Source of the DNA: Lophium mytilinum
Lineage: Eukaryota
Reading direction: 5' to 3'
Assembly (NCBI GenBank): GCA_010093605.1
Contig: MU004187.1
Location: 1,310,018 to 1,374,017 of the forward strand
Length of the DNA stretch: 64,000 nucleotides
Below are positions 10,461 to 22,117 of this stretch, in pieces (position 1 is the first letter of the stretch; every line of letters starts with the position of its first letter). The notes beneath the pieces are model-generated. The model was given only the letters and a program-made list of their open reading frames with translations, had not been told where the DNA came from and did no database searches. Made by a program: the position numbers and the translations under genes.

Positions 10461-11079
10461 ATAGCAATAGACTGACGCATGGCTTAGGCTGGCACAGGAA
10501 ATGCGTCGTACAAAAGGCCCGCATGATAGATACATTGCCGTCAGCATTATAGAGAGTCTCTTGTAATTACATAAATTAGAGATATCCACACCACGGCCCT
10601 TTGTTAAGTCTAAGCTACGATCTTCCTGGCTGGCCCCAAAGACCCACCCCGTAGATGGGGACATAGTCAGGTTTGATTCACGCCCGAACAGTCGAACGCT
10701 CTCAGATATCGCTACTATAGGGCATGTCAGAATTCTCTCTCGACTACGACAGTAACGTCTCTACAGAGGTGACAGAGCTTAGCGATATTATTGCCAAGCT
10801 CCATTGTTCATACCATTCTTTATCTGTTGTGTTTTCCTTCATCTATTGTTCTATTATCGAGTCATTCCACGCCTTTGTCGTTCTTGTCTATGAAACAAGA
10901 ACTCATTAGCCTTCCATGAGTAGATCGGGTATGATGTTAGTTTATCTCCTATTTCTATTCTTACCGAAACGACAGCAAATTGTAGGTATAGATCTGTGTG
11001 GCTATATCTGTTTACTTCATCTTATCAGAACTCCCAAGCCCAATTAAAAATTTACGGAGAAAACACTAAACGAACAAAT

Positions 11080-12426
11080 ATGCCCCCCCGCCGGCGCCGA
11101 TTCCAGATTGAGGGCCCACCACGTAGGTCCGCCCGCCAGACTAGCAACAGGTACAGCTCTGCAATCATGAACCCTGACCAGGCCGAGGCTCCCCCTACGC
11201 GAGAAGAGTTCTTCCAGGCCCTCATCGATGCGTATCAGACCCCCCTTTACGTGATGATGGCCCATGGCTACAACATTACTCAGATCGAACACATGGTCAA
11301 CAACACCGCTCGCAATAGTTGGCCGCGAGACCTCGTCGTCCTCAGCGTGGTCCGCGATAATCTATTAACGGCGCTTCAAAGGCTTTACGACGAAAGCCTA
11401 GCATCTGGTGATGAGCAGCTGCACCTCGAAACTATGACCTTCATGCTTGGTATCTACGCTCGTATTGCGCGCCTTGAGATTGCCCATGATCCACATCCTG
11501 ATGCGTTGCGAGTTCGGCTTACGTTACATCCGGCCTATGATCGCCTACCAGGACAATTTTCGCCTTTTAGACGTCTATTCGTAGAGTTCGTCGGACTCAT
11601 CGGTAATGACGCCGATGCGGATTATCAATACTCCCCATCTAGCTCTCCGGGTGCGGGCTACTTTCCAAACGATGAGCCGCAAATAGGATTTCCAGAATCT
11701 TTGCCAGAACGTGACACGTCGTCCGACGAGTACTCTGGAGAAGAGACTGACGATAGTTTTAGTTCGTCGAGTGAGGATGAAGATCAGCCCATAGCCAATC
11801 AACCCGGAGTCAATCAGGCACTCAGCCCTGGTGACCGTACAGCCTATCAGGATGAGTATGTTTTCAATAACTTGGAGGTGGCCGAATGGGGCGAGGGATA
11901 TGTGCTCCAAGGGCTCAGCCGCGAATTCTGGACCATTGCCGGAAGTAGGTTGAGCAGAAACGAGGAAATGTCCGAGTGGGAGCGTAGTACCCGTCCACTT
12001 CCTGCCATCGAAAACATCACAGGGCCTGTAAAGGAGAACGGTATTGGCGATAGCTGCCCCATCTGTGGAGACCCATTCACTGACGACCATCCCAGTGTAC
12101 AGTTCAATAGATGTGTACACCTCATAGGAGAACCGTGTCTCCGAGACTGGTTTTCCCGTTCTGAGACTGCGAACCGATGCCCCCTATGCAATACTGCTCT
12201 CTTCAATGAAAGACGACTTGCTGTGGATAGAAGCTTAGTTTGGGATCGGGCACAGATTGCTCTGAGGCAGCTAGATGAGATCGCACAGCTTATCATTGAC
12301 GTAGCTGGCCTAGAGTATTACCAGGGAACGGATTTGTTCGAGCTCTCAACATTTGTTCAGTTCCTGCGAGGACCGCGTCCGCCTCCGTCTGGGCGTGTAT
12401 GGCAGGCGCCAGAGCGTGCACGGTAA
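11080..12426 (+). CDS. RING-finger protein (putative E3 ligase), paralog 1
   Basis: CPIC-x13-CVHLIGEPC-x12-CPLC RING-like pattern; starts MPPRRRRF; single long ORF. Confidence 0.8.
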   Translation: MPPRRRRFQIEGPPRRSARQTSNRYSSAIMNPDQAEAPPTREEFFQALIDAYQTPLYVMMAHGYNITQIEHMVNNTARNSWPRDLVVLSVVRDNLLTALQRLYDESLASGDEQLHLETMTFMLGIYARIARLEIAHDPHPDALRVRLTLHPAYDRLPGQFSPFRRLFVEFVGLIGNDADADYQYSPSSSPGAGYFPNDEPQIGFPESLPERDTSSDEYSGEETDDSFSSSSEDEDQPIANQPGVNQALSPGDRTAYQDEYVFNNLEVAEWGEGYVLQGLSREFWTIAGSRLSRNEEMSEWERSTRPLPAIENITGPVKENGIGDSCPICGDPFTDDHPSVQFNRCVHLIGEPCLRDWFSRSETANRCPLCNTALFNERRLAVDRSLVWDRAQIALRQLDEIAQLIIDVAGLEYYQGTDLFELSTFVQFLRGPRPPPSGRVWQAPERAR

Positions 12427-13002
12427 GTAAGGTTTTACGCCACTATAGTCACGAAGTCTAGGATAAAGAAATGCTTTCTATTTTGATATATTGATGCGTT
12501 GAGATTTTACTAACTGCGTATCCGTTGTGTCATGCGCGTAATTTCCGTTTACATCGTTTCTTTAGTAAGCTTCTCCCTTTTCCCAACATTGCTCTCAAGC
12601 GATTGACAAATTACTCCTACTAATTCACCTTTGGTGTGAAGTGTTGCTACCGCTAGGAGGTACAATCTCTTGTTCTATTTCCTTTGTTTCGACTAAATCG
12701 ATAGACTTGGCTGCTTGGGAGCTTAGTCCTATTGTAACCCCATGCCTTTGTTAGGTTCTTTCATCTATTGTTTAGTTTTTGAAGAATGCCATTGTTCGCT
12801 ACTTATTTTTGGATATCCTCTGCTTTCAAGTTGACCATGGAATGGCAAATATAAAACTTTGCTCTGTCTTTATTGTATATTTATGATGGCAAACCCTTCC
12901 TTTGAGCATTACAGACGTTGTATCTGCCTACATACTTGATTCTCGTTCGAATTGTAAGATCAACATATTCAATCTCCGTGGCTCTATTAGGTAAACGCAG
13001 AG

Positions 13003-14370
13003 ATGCCACCCCGACGAAGAACAAGATTCGGAAACCCCACACCCCCTGAACGATGTACCACACGGCAGACTAATAATCCATACAGCACTGCAAATAGGCA
13101 ACAGCGCGAACGTGGCCTCTATCCGAATGGAACGCCAGTGGCCCCACAATTAGGTACGGCTTTCCCTGAAATGTTTGGAAACCTCCTAGTCCAGATTCGC
13201 TGGTTAAATACTCAGGGCCTCACCATCGCTGATTGCGTTCCTCTGATGAGGGGGCTTACTCCGGAGAACTTGCCGGCTCATCTCCGCCCTTACGCAGCCG
13301 CCCTCAACACTGCCCGTACCGAAATGGACGACTGGGTGGACGAGGATGCTGGCGACTTGGAGCGGCTGCACAGACGAGTATGGTACCTCTGCCACTTGTA
13401 CGAAATCGCGCGCACCTCTGTTCGCCCCGACACTCGAGCGAACCGCAGACGTCGCCAACGAGACATGCAGGACAACCTCGATGCCCTGAGCTTCACACGA
13501 GCTATCGGTGAAGCTCTGACAGAATTCGAATGGCGATACATTGAAATCGGGCAAAGCAGAATTCAGAGGAACAAGGGAATGTCTCAATTCGAACTAAACT
13601 GCCGAGCAAATGTAGGCCCGCTAATCAGGCCTGAGAGAATCGCAGATCCTTTCACAGGCATCCCAGACGCAGATGAGATGGACAACACCAGAAGGTGCAA
13701 TATTTGCTATAGCGACTACGACGCAGATAGGCCTGGCATGCAGCTAAGAAGGTGCGGGCATATTGCCTGTGGAGTATGCTTGAGCAGAACGATGAATGAC
13801 TTTGAACCTAACGCTAGGTTTTGTCCGTTTTGCAGAATTGAACTCTTCCCCAGACGACGCTTGCGAAGGCATCCAGACCCTGCTGTGGTTGAAGAAGCAG
13901 TGATGCTCACGTTCGACGACGCGCAAAAGTTCCGCCAGATTGTTTTAGATGCGTGTGGTCAGGAGTTCTACAACCGTTCAACGATACCAGATTGGTTCCA
14001 GGATGTGCAGCATCTCCATGGGCCGGGCGCACCGTACTTTTGGGATCCTGCTCTCCGTGAGTATTCTCGTGAAGATATCGATGAGAATGGGGTCCGTGTA
14101 CGCGTAGCTGAGTCTGTTGAAGACCGCTTTCGCCGACTGGATGGAGATATTGCGGTGGATGGTGAGCTTGATGCTTTTTATCAAACCCCCCCACCGCCAC
14201 CAGAGGAAGAGGTCGATGACGAGGAAGCGGGAGATAACGAGGGCACGCAAGATGTCGATAATGCGGACACGGAAGAGATCGTTTACGTGGGCGTGGATGA
14301 GGCGGTCAATCTGGAAGCTGTAGAAATCACCCTCGAGAATAATGACGATGACGGCGAGGATAAAGAATGA
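13003..14370 (+). CDS. RING-finger protein (putative E3 ligase), paralog 2
   Basis: CNIC...CGHIACGVC...CPFC (C3HC4); starts MPPRRRTRF; acidic tail. Confidence 0.82.
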   Translation: MPPRRRTRFGNPTPPERCTTRQTNNPYSTANRQQRERGLYPNGTPVAPQLGTAFPEMFGNLLVQIRWLNTQGLTIADCVPLMRGLTPENLPAHLRPYAAALNTARTEMDDWVDEDAGDLERLHRRVWYLCHLYEIARTSVRPDTRANRRRRQRDMQDNLDALSFTRAIGEALTEFEWRYIEIGQSRIQRNKGMSQFELNCRANVGPLIRPERIADPFTGIPDADEMDNTRRCNICYSDYDADRPGMQLRRCGHIACGVCLSRTMNDFEPNARFCPFCRIELFPRRRLRRHPDPAVVEEAVMLTFDDAQKFRQIVLDACGQEFYNRSTIPDWFQDVQHLHGPGAPYFWDPALREYSREDIDENGVRVRVAESVEDRFRRLDGDIAVDGELDAFYQTPPPPPEEEVDDEEAGDNEGTQDVDNADTEEIVYVGVDEAVNLEAVEITLENNDDDGEDKE

Positions 14371-14531
14371 GCAACACGAAGAGGAAAGGAATCTGTAATG
14401 GCATTATGATTAGTGGGATGCGAAGGTAGATCATCTGTGTAGTGTTGTATTTCAGAAAGGTTTCAATCCGGAGCCACTATGGCAACGGAAGTCTACTTAT
14501 TAGCTGAGAAGATTCCACTGCATGTTGTCAT

Positions 14532-15108
14532 CTATTTGATGCCTTTCTTCCGCAGCTCCTCCTCTTCCTCCTCTCGTATCTGTTGGTCGATTTTTGCTCC
14601 CTTGCTCGGCTCATTTCCGTGTGATCGGGCCTGAGGTCGGATTAGTCTTCACCATAGTTCATGACAAGGTGTTGATGTGGCCACGTACTGGTAGTGTGGC
14701 ATCTTGCTCGATCTGCTCCGCTTGAAGGCTCTTTGGGGGATCATCTTCACCCTGGCGCTGAGGTAGAAGTTAGATCTAGGCATATACTATCGAGCACTGG
14801 TAAATTGATACCTTCTCTTCACGTGCTAGCTTGTTCGCAATCGAACGCTCGTCCTCTAGAATGGTTGATCAGCTAGGAGCGAGAGAGTTGTGTATGGATA
14901 TGGGCCTCGACGCACTGGAGTCGTTGGCAAGATGGCTGTTCTCCTTGCCCTCCTTGAACCTCTCGGCCTTGTTCAGTTCTTCATCTTTGTAGTTGCGCTA
15001 TAGTAGAACATTGTCAGTTTCTGACACTAATGGAGCTGTTTCAATGATTCCTACCTGATCGCCTGCCTCGTAGACGCCCGAGGTGCCGACACTGGAGTTT
15101 CCGCTCAT
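14532..15108 (-). CDS. Small hydrophilic fungal protein, 115 aa, 5 exons (absent from the ORF track)
   Basis: Exons 15108-15055, 14997-14916, 14855-14812, 14757-14689 and 14630-14532 join via canonical GT-AG introns into MSGNSSVGTSGVYEAGDQRNYKDEELNKAERFKEGKENSHLANDSKDERSIANKLAREEKRQGEDD...DATLPARSHGNEPSKGAKIDQQIREEEEEELRKKGIK*. Confidence 0.88.
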
Positions 15109-15626
15109 GATGAATGATTTGTGGGTTCAGTTGTGGTATTTGAAAGGAGTTTTATGAGAGATGTAGCTTGACGTGGAGTTTGGTCTCGTGAAGAGTTTTG
15201 TATTCTCCGTGTTTGAAAGTTAAGTGCGTCGGGCTTTGGTATGATGACGTCGTGATGACCTAGGTTTGCCTTAGGCCGACAGTATCGACTGGGATACTGG
15301 CTACGCAGCTGTCGTAAAAGACGCGGACCAGTCAATACCTATACTTCTCAATTGCATTCTGAGCTGCATCACGTCTAACAAACTCAGCACGTACGAAAGC
15401 AAAGAGCCTGAGGCCTTGGAATGTATGTATTTTCGACGGTCCCGCCACACCGCCGTCTACGTGATGCTATCCGGCAGCATTCAATTAGGGCGGGTATTTT
15501 TTTTAATTATGAACATGTGCATGGGTATCGGTGTGTAGCAGCACGAGTCTATCCTCTCTATTTCCACTAAACGCCTGAAAAAGAGGTCCATTCATCCAAA
15601 GTTCCGCCACTCCACAAGCCGCCTTT

Positions 15627-17305
15627 CTATTCCATCTCAATGGTTCCAGGAGGCTTACTCGTAACTAGACGTTTGTTAAATTGAGGACTGGTATGAAGGG
15701 AAGGAAGAACTTACTGTCATAAACCACACGACAGACCCCGTCGACCTCGTTTACGATCCTCCTGCTCACCTTCTTGAGGAATGCTCCATCGAACGGATAC
15801 CAGTCTGCCGTCATGAAGTCGCTTGTCTCCACTGCCCTAAGCGCAATGACCTGACTGTGCACCCTTTTGTCGCCCATGACCCCCACAGCTTTGACTGGGA
15901 GTAGAGCGGCGAAGGCCTGGCTGATCTTTCGATACAGTCCAGCAGCCCTGATCTCCTCGATGAAGATATAATCCGCGTGCCGGGCAATGCGAACCTGTTC
16001 AGCAGTGACTTCGCCGAGGATACGAATGGCGATGCCGGGGCCAGGGAACGGATGACGCCAGACTAGCTCCTCTGCGAGACCTAATTTTGTTCCTAGTTCT
16101 CGGACTTCATCCTTGAATAGCTCGCGGAGAGGCTCGATGACCTTGAGGTGCATACCTTCAAGGAGACCACCCACATTATGATGCGTTTTGATAGTAGCGC
16201 TGGGCCCCTTGAACGAAATGCTTTCAATCACGTCCGGGTATAGAGTGCCCTGCAGAAGCCATTCAATCTCGCCTGCCTTTGGTGATCCGGCGGCTGCAGC
16301 TTGGATCTTCTTCGCTTCCTCCTGGAACACATGGATGAAGGTATTACCAATGATCTTGCGCTTCTTCTCCGGGTCATCCGTGACTCCCTTCAACAGGCCT
16401 AGGAAACGCTCGCTCGCGTCGACGACAGTAAGTTGTATTCCAAGATGCTTCGTCAAGGTCTCTTTAACTTGTTCGGCTTCGTTCATGCGCAAGACTCCGT
16501 TATCCACCAGGACGGCATGGAAGCGGTCGCCGATGGCCTCTTTCATCAAGGCGGCGGCCACGGTAGAGTCGACACCTCCACTGACCGCTCCAATAACCTG
16601 TCCCTTCTCTCCTACCAAAGCTCGGATTCTCGCAATCTCCTGATCGACAAATTTGCCCATTGTCCAGTCTGTTTTCGCCTTGCAGATGTCGACGGCGAAA
16701 TTCTTGAGGAGTTGCACGCCTTTAGGAGTGTGGGTGACTTCGGGGTGGAATTGGATGCCGTATAGAGGCTTGGTCTCGTGAGCCATGCCTGCGAAGGGCG
16801 CGTTCGTAGTAGTAGCGATTGTGGTGAAATCGGATGGGAGGTTCGAGAGCTTGTCTCCATGTGACATCCACACCTCCATATCGTCTTCAAGCCCCGCGAA
16901 CAGGGCGTCGACGTGGGCTGCCTTGCCCGTGTGCCTCTCCACCTTCAGATACGCATGGCCATATTCTCTCTTCTCTCCGGCTAGCACATTCTTCGCAAAG
17001 TGCCACGCAATCTCCTGCAGTCCGTAGCATATTCCCAAGATAGGCACTCCCAGTTCGAAGGCGGCTGGATCGACATGCGGGGCATCATCCCAGTAAACTG
17101 AGTAAGGGCCTCCGGACAAAATGATGCCCTTTGGCTTCCAAGATAATTCAGAGAGCTTTTGGGTGCACGGGAGCATCTCCGAGTAGACATTGAGCTCGCG
17201 AAGCCTGCGCGTGATGAGATGGGAGTATTGAGAGCCAAAGTCGAGCACCAAGATGGTGTCGAAGGTCTTGTGAGGCTCAATGGGCAATTCTCTAGAGGAC
17301 GCCAT
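15627..17305 (-). CDS. GUA1: GMP synthase (glutamine-hydrolysing)
   Basis: [39 protein letters not shown]. Intron 15714-15665 restores the C-terminal [14 protein letters not shown]. Confidence 0.97.
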
Positions 17306-17520
17306 GGTGAGAGATTCTGGTGATAGAAGAAGAGAGGAGAGTGACGAGTGAAAAGGAGTGGTGCTCGCGGTTGGCGTCGTGACTCCGCGAATCTTTTTTT
17401 CTAGTGGAGCGAGTTCGCAACGCGGGGCATGTGATAGGGCTGAGAGGGGGTCTGTGCGCAAGATTTTTGATGTCTGCGTTTCCGTCGCGGAGGCTTCAAC
17501 TGAACAACACTCACTCCACA
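17306..17520. promoter_or_regulatory. Compact bidirectional promoter shared by GUA1 and BCP1
   Basis: Only 215 bp separate the divergent start codons. Confidence 0.6.
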
Positions 17521-18503
17521 ATGGCGAAACGAAAGCAGCAGAAAGACCACGAGATACTCGAGGATGCTCCAGTTGGAAACGGCAAGGACAAGGACGTGGA
17601 CGACGAGAGCGATGAGGTACAATAATTTTAGAGCTACACTTACCATTTCGCGGTGATTGACGTCAATTGTAGGATATGGATATGCTCGACGTAGATTTCG
17701 AGTGGTTTGACCCGCAACCAGATGTCGACTTCCATGGCCTGAAGACTCTCCTCCGACAGCTATTTGATGTTGATGCGCAATTGTTCAACCTTTCTGAGCT
17801 TGCGGACCTCATACTGTCACAGCCACTGCTTGGATCTACCGTGAAAACAGACGGAAACGAATCGGACCCATACGCCTTCTTGACAGTGTTGAACCTACAC
17901 ACACATCGGGTGAGGCGCATAGGACCTAATGGGTTGGATGAGTTCTAACAAGTCCTGCAGGACAAGCAGGTTATCAAGGACCTCACAGAGTACCTTCTCA
18001 CTAAATGCGATTCTATCCCCCAGCTACCGGAATTACTCGCACCGACGTCTAATGCGCAAGTCGGCGTAATTCTCACAGAGCGGTTCATAAACATGCCAGC
18101 CGAGATCGTCCCGCCGATGTACAATATGCTGCTAGAAGAGATATCCTGGGCCCTTGAGGCGAAGGAGCTTTACAAGTTCTCACACTATCTTGTCCTCTCG
18201 AAAACATATACGGAGGTGGAGTCCAAGCTGGACCAGGAGGACAGCCGGCCACAGAAGAAGAAGAAGAAGGACCCCCAGCTTGAAACGTTCTACTTCCACC
18301 CGGAAGACGAAGTCTTACACAAACATGCAATGGGCAAGGCGAGCTTTGACTACACAAAGCAAGGCGACGAAGGGGCAGCGGACTCAAAGCGCACGTTCCA
18401 GGAGCTGGGGGTGAGGCCACAGGCCCACATGATCCTGATAGAAGGTGGAAAATTTGAGGGTGCCGTCAAGGCAATTAGCGAGTATCTGGCGCCGCAGACA
18501 TAA
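17521..18503 (+). CDS. BCP1: Bcp1/BCCIP 60S biogenesis/export factor
   Basis: [44 protein letters not shown]; introns 17617-17672 and 17910-17960. Confidence 0.92.
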
Positions 18504-18676
18504 ATCGAACGCGTTGTACATACAAAGTGCCCAATCAAGTTCGCAAAATGAAAAACTGTTTTGTGCCAATCAAGGCTATATTATTGCAAAAGTTGGTTGG
18601 AATGAAGTATGCAGCAGGATTATGACGCACACTAGGTTTTGATAGCTGCAGTACGGTTTGATATCTGCTGACGCCC

Positions 18677-19294
18677 TCAATCGATGGACCAGATCTCCAC
18701 ATCGCTCTTCCAACCGTCTTGAATCCCAATGCCCTCCAGCACGCTTACTGTCCTCGGCCAGGGCACCCCAAACCGCGCCGAGTTTATCTTGCACATGCGC
18801 ACCTCCGTGACCTGATTCCCACCCTCTTCCTCACCTTTGACTTCGTCAAGCAGTTCTCGTATTGCCGGGCCTGTGTTCGCGAGGATCTGTGCTGGGCTGT
18901 CTTTCGCACGTCCAAAACGGGCGCTGGTGAATAGGCAGCCAATCCAGTGCTGCGGTGCCTTGGGATTCGTCTCGCAGGGCGGTATGAGGAGCGCGGTGCC
19001 AGTGCGAACGTTTCTGGAGAGACAGTGGGCGCGGTAGACTTTGTAGGCCTCGGGGTAACGCTCCCTGAACGCTGCGGCAATGCCGGCGCCCCAGCTGCCT
19101 TGGGTATTGCAGGCGTGGATGAGAAGTGTGTTTGGAGGCGCCGCAAATATGTCGCCGATGTGTGTGGTTAGGGTCAGAGTCTTCGGCTTTGCAGGTGTTT
19201 TTGGGGTTGAGGCCTGCTCGGCTGGAGCATCGTTGGATGGAGCTGTCTTCATCTCAGATGAGGTCGAGGTTGGCTGCTGCGTATCAGTAGACAT
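18677..19294 (-). CDS. POA1: Poa1-like macrodomain, ADP-ribose 1''-phosphate phosphatase
   Basis: GDIF, HACNTQGSWGAGIA, IGCLFTS and KINSARFGVPW motifs. Confidence 0.85.
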   Translation of the reverse strand: MSTDTQQPTSTSSEMKTAPSNDAPAEQASTPKTPAKPKTLTLTTHIGDIFAAPPNTLLIHACNTQGSWGAGIAAAFRERYPEAYKVYRAHCLSRNVRTGTALLIPPCETNPKAPQHWIGCLFTSARFGRAKDSPAQILANTGPAIRELLDEVKGEEEGGNQVTEVRMCKINSARFGVPWPRTVSVLEGIGIQDGWKSDVEIWSID

Positions 19295-19712
19295 GTTGAG
19301 GGATGTGTTGATGCAGGCCTGGGAGAGGTTTGTTTGCTGTCTGTCGCATTTCAAAGTGTGGAAAGGACTAGGCAGAAGCCTCGGACAGCTGCTGCGACTG
19401 GCCAGTTAGTTTTGTTAGAGATTGTGAGTGGCATCCATAGATGTTTTGAATCAAGCGCTGTCAGTGAAATCGTAATGGCAGTTTCTGGACATTGATCCAC
19501 GGTCTGCACTTTCGTCCCAAATGATGGTGGAGGGAGGGCACTCAGAACAGTGGTGAGAGATATCAGAGGCGCACCGGCCAATCACAGGGCAGGTTAAGGA
19601 ATCATCACTCCAGCTCCGCGCAGCCGGCTTTTCCCTCGCATTGACGACCCTCGACTTTCAACCTCCCCCATCGCCGCCACCGCCCTCGCACTCTCCTCTC
19701 CGGTCGCTCGCC

Positions 19713-20748
19713 ATGCCCGCCCTCACTACCGCGTCCCGTACGCTCGCGCGTTCGTGGACCGCCCACCAATTGCCCGCCGTGCGCGCCTCCTGCTCGGCCA
19801 TCCAGACACAGACCCGTTCTGTGTCCGAGGTCTCGACGACATCGTCCTTCGACTCGCCCTTCAAGGGCATGGGCAGCTCCCAAGGCACGACCAAGATCCC
19901 GAGCTTCGCAAAGTACCGGAACAAGAGTGGCGAGAGCTCGACGAAGGTGTTCCAATATTTCATGGTCGGCACAATGGGCGCCATCACGGCTATGGGAGCA
20001 AAGGCAACCGTGCAAGGTTCGTGGAGCTTTCATTAATGAAAAAACGGACTCAATTGGCTGGGAAATGGCTGTCTGGAAGGGATTGGGAGTAATGGGTGGT
20101 GACGATTGATGGATTGGACGGGTACACGATATCTACGGGAGAGAAGGGCTAATACGGCATCACTCGCAGACTTCCTCGTCAACATGTCCGCTTCTGCCGA
20201 CGTGCTCGCTCAAGCCAAGGTCGAAATCGATCTCTCCGCCATTCCAGAGGGCAAGAACGTAAGCCTCTACACCAGATAAATCGCCATTCGGCCTTCGGGT
20301 AGCTCACACATTGTCCAGGTCATCATCAAATGGCGAGGCAAGCCCGTCTTCATCCGCCACCGTACCGAATCCGAGATCCAGGAAGCCGAGGACACCAAGT
20401 GGGAAGCTCTACGGGACCCGCAGTCCGACCAAGATCGTGTCCAGAAGCCGGATTGGTTAATCATGCTTGGTACGTTATGGAAACCTTCGCGGAACGCTCA
20501 ACAAGCTCTATCAGGCTTTTGCACGCCGAGATGTACCGCGCTCATTGCTGATATTATCCGAAATAGGCGTGTGCACGCATCTTGGATGTGTCCCTATCGG
20601 CGAAGCCGGCGACTTTGGCGGCTGGTTCTGTCCTTGCCACGGTTCTCACTACGATATCTCCGGCCGTATAAGGAAGGGCCCCGCGCCACTAAACCTCGAG
20701 GTGCCTCCGTACGAGTTTCCCGAAGAAGGAAAGGTTGTCATCGGTTAG
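19713..20748 (+). CDS. RIP1: Cytochrome bc1 Rieske iron-sulfur subunit
   Basis: Mitochondrial presequence, CTHLGC and CPCHGS boxes; introns 20017-20169, 20259-20318 and 20470-20566. Confidence 0.97.
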
Positions 20749-21111
20749 AATTGGCCCCTTGTATATTAGCGTGCCCGAGAGAAGATTTTGGTGGGAGGGG
20801 GATTGTGTTGATAGGTGTTCTAGACCAGATGGAATTCTGAAAGTTCAACATCTCACTATTGCATTGAAATTAAGGTGAATAGACTGTTCAAATTTTTCTT
20901 CGACTTCAGTGCAATCTCCTCGGCCTCAGGCCCAAGGCGTGATGTGTTATGTGACTACAACGGGTTCCCGAATGGAGCGGCTCTTCAGTGCTACAAATAC
21001 AACCCAAACTCCAGATTTCGCCCCGGCCTCGCTCTTAGCCCAGTTTCTGTATATCCGAAAGGTCGAGCACCTGCCTCCATCTATGAACTCGGCAGTGTTG
21101 CATTCGCAACT

Positions 21112-22117
21112 CTACGAATGCGTCCCATTCGTGGTCGCAGTAGGGGGCTGCCCATTCTCCGCACCTCCATTGACTTTCGGTCCCCGCATCTCCATCTCTA
21201 GCTGAACCGCAGCTGGATCGTCTCCTCGTGGGTTGGCTGGGTTAGGCCGATCTACTTCCATCACGTCGGAGTCGCCATCCTCATCGACTCCCTTCTCGTG
21301 ACCGTTGCGAGTATCCGACCCGCTTCCAGTAGTGCCATTAGTCCCATTCACAGGAGTCTTGGAAGAACCTGCAGCGCTACTCTCGCCATTGAGCACCGAA
21401 GCTTCTGCTTCTTCTGCAGCAGCTTTGGCGGCCTTCTGTTCCTTGAATTTTTTGTACGGCATGGTCTTGGGGACGACGTCCGCGAGAAAGTCGAGATTAT
21501 CAACTCGGGCAACTGCGCTTGCTATTAAAAGGAGTCTGGTTAGTATGAAGTGCTCGTGTTTAGTAGCGGTTCAAAAAGACTTACCAACGTCTCGGTACTG
21601 GATGTTTCGTCGAGGCTTCCGCTCCGTCTTCACGACAGTGTGGGTTTGCTCGGCGAGATATTGTATGAACATCTCCGTTGCAAGGGCGATGACGAAGGCG
21701 CCATTGTTGGAGCATGAGCCGACTTCCTCATCGGCACTGATGATCTTCTTAACGCGTGCGACTATTTCGGATCGTCAGCGCCAGTCGACAACTCCTGTTT
21801 TCTTGGAGAGACATGCTTTATAGGTAGTGAATGTAGTGGAACGGGGCTGGAAAGCGACAACTGGACGAGGAGATGGAAGTTCTTCACAGCGAGTGGAAAT
21901 GTGTAGTCACAAGCGACATGAGCTTAGGAAGGGGTGAAGAAACCGTAAGGAAGAAGTGACAGATTTGGTAGAGTCGGTGAGTAGATAGGGCATTCGCACT
22001 GACATTGGAGAGATGACAAGCAAGTTTCAGACTAGTAGAAATATAGAACCTACGTGGTAGTGACACTGTACCCAGAGTCTCCCGGGGCGGAGCGATTGGG
22101 GTGTTGTTGTATGGCAT
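21112..22117 (-). CDS. Histone-fold protein, Dpb3/Dls1 (CHRAC / DNA pol epsilon subunit C)-like
   Basis: Spliced product LPLARVKKIISADEEV...ATEMFIQYLA...NIQYRDVASAVARVDNLDFLADVVP; introns 22053-21762 and 21584-21522. Confidence 0.85.

Noticed and set aside
17306..17521. 72-aa N-terminal extension of GUA1 in the ORF track
   Set aside because: Non-ATG start running through the shared promoter; the conserved protein begins at 17305.
21762..22053. 292-nt intron as a possible snoRNA host
   Set aside because: No C box/D box pair or convincing H/ACA hairpins seen; simply pyrimidine-rich.
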